In this document: piece after piece, positions 61,388-64,000 of the stretch
Layout of the letters: every line of letters begins with the position of its first letter
Position numbering within the stretch: position 1 is the first letter of the stretch
NCBI GenBank assembly: GCA_964016885.1
Contig: OZ024748.1
Coordinates: 5,022,001 to 5,086,000 of the forward strand
Source: Eledone cirrhosa
Lineage: Eukaryota
DNA: 64,000 bases
Direction: 5' to 3'
The notes under the pieces: model-generated
The model's database searches: none
Seen by the model: the letters and a program-made list of their open reading frames with translations, nothing else
Told to the model about the DNA's origin: nothing
Translations under genes and position numbers: made by a program

Positions 61388-61665
61388 GGTGGCGTTGATG
61401 ATGAGAGTGTGGTGGGGATGATGTTGATGGTGTTGGTGAAGGAGATGGACATAGTCGGGGTAAATGTTGATATGATTTCTTGTGGTGCTAATGGCGGTCT
61501 AAATTTCCATATATATGTTCAGAGCTAAAACTATATATATATATACAAATATAATTCAGCGAGACTCGTATTTCGGCTGGTAGAAAAAGCGAAACGAAAG
61601 GCAAAATCGTAGAAATGCTGGCAAGCACTCAGAGCTAAACAATAAGTTAAAACGCCATACAAACA

Positions 61666-61697
<32 letters not shown>

Positions 61698-61708
61698 CAT
61701 ATATATAC

Positions 61709-61837
<129 letters not shown>

Positions 61838-61900
61838 TATATACATATATATACATATATATATACATATATATATATATATACATATATATATACATAT

Positions 61901-62140
61901 ATAGTTAAAAACATCGTTGATATGTAATCAACTGAGTTATGTTTAGAACAAATACGAAGCACTCGAAAGATAATACTTATCAGGAGTATTATGATAATAA
62001 TAGTAATAAACGAAAGATATAACATAATAACATCACTATTTATTTCATTATACATATTTCGGGGATGCAAAAATTTATGTTTAACATAAAATAAATAGTG
62101 ATGTTATAAAGTTATATCTTTCGTTTATTACTATCATTAT
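61901..62140 (-). mobile_element. B-related fold-back element with hammerhead 3' half
   Basis: Arms 61994-62048 and 62086-62140; minus strand CCCC-GAAA-TATGTA-TA|ATGAAATA. Confidence 0.7.
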
Positions 62141-62224
62141 TCTATCCCCCCTCTCCGTTTCCGTCCATTCTGTCGATGACACAACACTCCACACTGTAAG
62201 GTGGTTGTGTAGGAGACACGGTGA

Positions 62225-62408
62225 AAAGGCTCCCAGTCCACACTGTAATTGAGGTTGGTGTTAGAAAGGGCGCACATCTGTAAAAAAAACCTGCCAGAGA
62301 TGCTTCTGTGCGAGCGAGAAATGGACTCCCGACCATTCCCGCATCTAATGGAACAAAACCGTCTAACCCATGGTAGCGTGGAAGATAGACCTTAAACGAT
62401 GATGATGA

Positions 62409-62411
<3 letters not shown>
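62225..62411 (+). mobile_element. 3' part of a different SINE or RTE-tailed retroposon
   Basis: GTTGGTGTTAGAAAGGGC...TGTAAAA motif and tail CCGTCTAACCCATGGTAGCGTGGAAGATAGACCTTAAAC(GAT)n. Confidence 0.6.
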
Positions 62412-62456
<45 letters not shown>

Positions 62457-62544
62457 AATATTTGCTCTACGGTTCTTATATATTTGATAGATATTTATCC
62501 TTATCTAGCCCTCTTTGGATTTTAGTCTTCAAATTTATTATTAT

Positions 62545-62581
<37 letters not shown>

Positions 62582-62684
62582 ACTCGTTCCTATTACCCAC
62601 TCTACTACCCTAAGTATTGAGTACTTTGGTGCGTTATGGTCCACCTGGTTGCTTACCACATTTCCTCCGTTATATATATATATA

Positions 62685-62759
<75 letters not shown>

Positions 62760-63572
62760 GAGAGAGAGGGGGACATTTGTTCACGTGCGGATGCGCTATA
62801 AATAAAATATCTTATGAAATAGAAAGATGACCCTTAGAAACGAAAAGGAACGTGGTTTGTGTTAACTGAATCCGACCAGAGATTATCCGCTAGTTTATAT
62901 ATATATACACACACACATATATATGTATATATATATACGCACACACACACATATATACAGGGTTTGAGAATTGGCAAGTCATTAGAAGGTCGTTTCACAT
63001 CTTTGCACTTTGAATTCAAAACAGGCCAAGCTCACATTTTTGAGGTCGACCGGTCCTCTATGTTTCTTTCTTACTTCATCTCTATTAATCGCTCATTCTC
63101 TGTGAGAATTTCGCTGTGTTTCCTTCTAGGCTTCTCTACGTTTAAAATGCCCACGAAATTGCATATGTGACTAATACGCGCCTCCAACTCCAGCAGGAGT
63201 TACGGGTCTTAAACTTACATACATGTATATATGCAAGACGTGATTTAGCAATGAGCTGTCAATGGTTTAATTTCAGTACTGATAGCCACCCACAATATTT
63301 AGCAATTGTTGTTAACTGCCAGCAAGTCAAGTTATAAGAACAACCATTTATGCTGAAGACCTTCACTACAGAATTGTATAGATTTCTTGGCAGCTACTTT
63401 CAATGGCTGTGTTATATATAACTCTTCTCATTTATTTGTATATTTTTTGATGTGGCTGATGTTGTTGAGATTTTTTGTTTGTTTTTGTTGTTGTTGGTAG
63501 TGTTAGTGTTGTTGTTGTTAGTGGTGGTGGTGGTGGTGGTGGTGTTAATGTTGTTGATGTTGTTGATGGTGG

Positions 63573-63603
<31 letters not shown>

Positions 63604-64000
63604 GATAATATTGATGTTAGTGGTACAAGTGGTGTTGATAGATTTGATGATGGTGGTGATGATAATAGTGTCAGTTGTGGTGGTGGTGGTGGTGGTGGTG
63701 TTGTTGTTGATATTGCTGATGATGCTGATGGTAGTGGTGATAGTATTGATGTTAGTAGCACTATGATAGGGGTGTTGATGGATTTGATGATGATGGTGAT
63801 GATAATAATGTCAGTGATGCTGATGATGTTGCCGGTTTTAACAGCATTGGTGGTAGTAGTGGTGATGATGGCGGAATGTTGATGATGGTGGTGTTTATAG
63901 TGCTGATGATGGAAATCTCGGGGGCGATGTTGATGATGATGTTTGTAGTCGTGATGCTGGTAGTGTAGGTTTTGTGGTTGATGGTCGTATAGGTGCTCCT

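Overview
Very AT-rich, microsatellite-saturated eukaryotic non-coding DNA. The tRNA-derived SINE family, RTE-type tail and simple-repeat load point to a coleoid cephalopod, probably Octopus (inference). No gene is confidently identified: nearly all ORF-track entries are translations of simple repeats, and only a few weak exon candidates exist. Conventional content is about 25 copies of one tRNA-head SINE, several MITEs and minisatellites. The main signal is about a dozen families (labelled A-L here) of 100-450 bp inserts, almost all sitting inside (TA)n arrays, which carry whole or partial type I hammerhead ribozymes (CUGANGA...GAAA...NUH, usually with a palindromic stem III). They share one architecture: an inverted 5' segment ending at a family-specific site, then a direct segment with a 3' tail. 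This often gives long fold-back hairpins that turn at or near the ribozyme. It fits remnants or non-autonomous derivatives of Penelope-like retroelements. One family has a variant core (CAGAAGA). Repeat boundaries are approximate; all pairings were read by eye.
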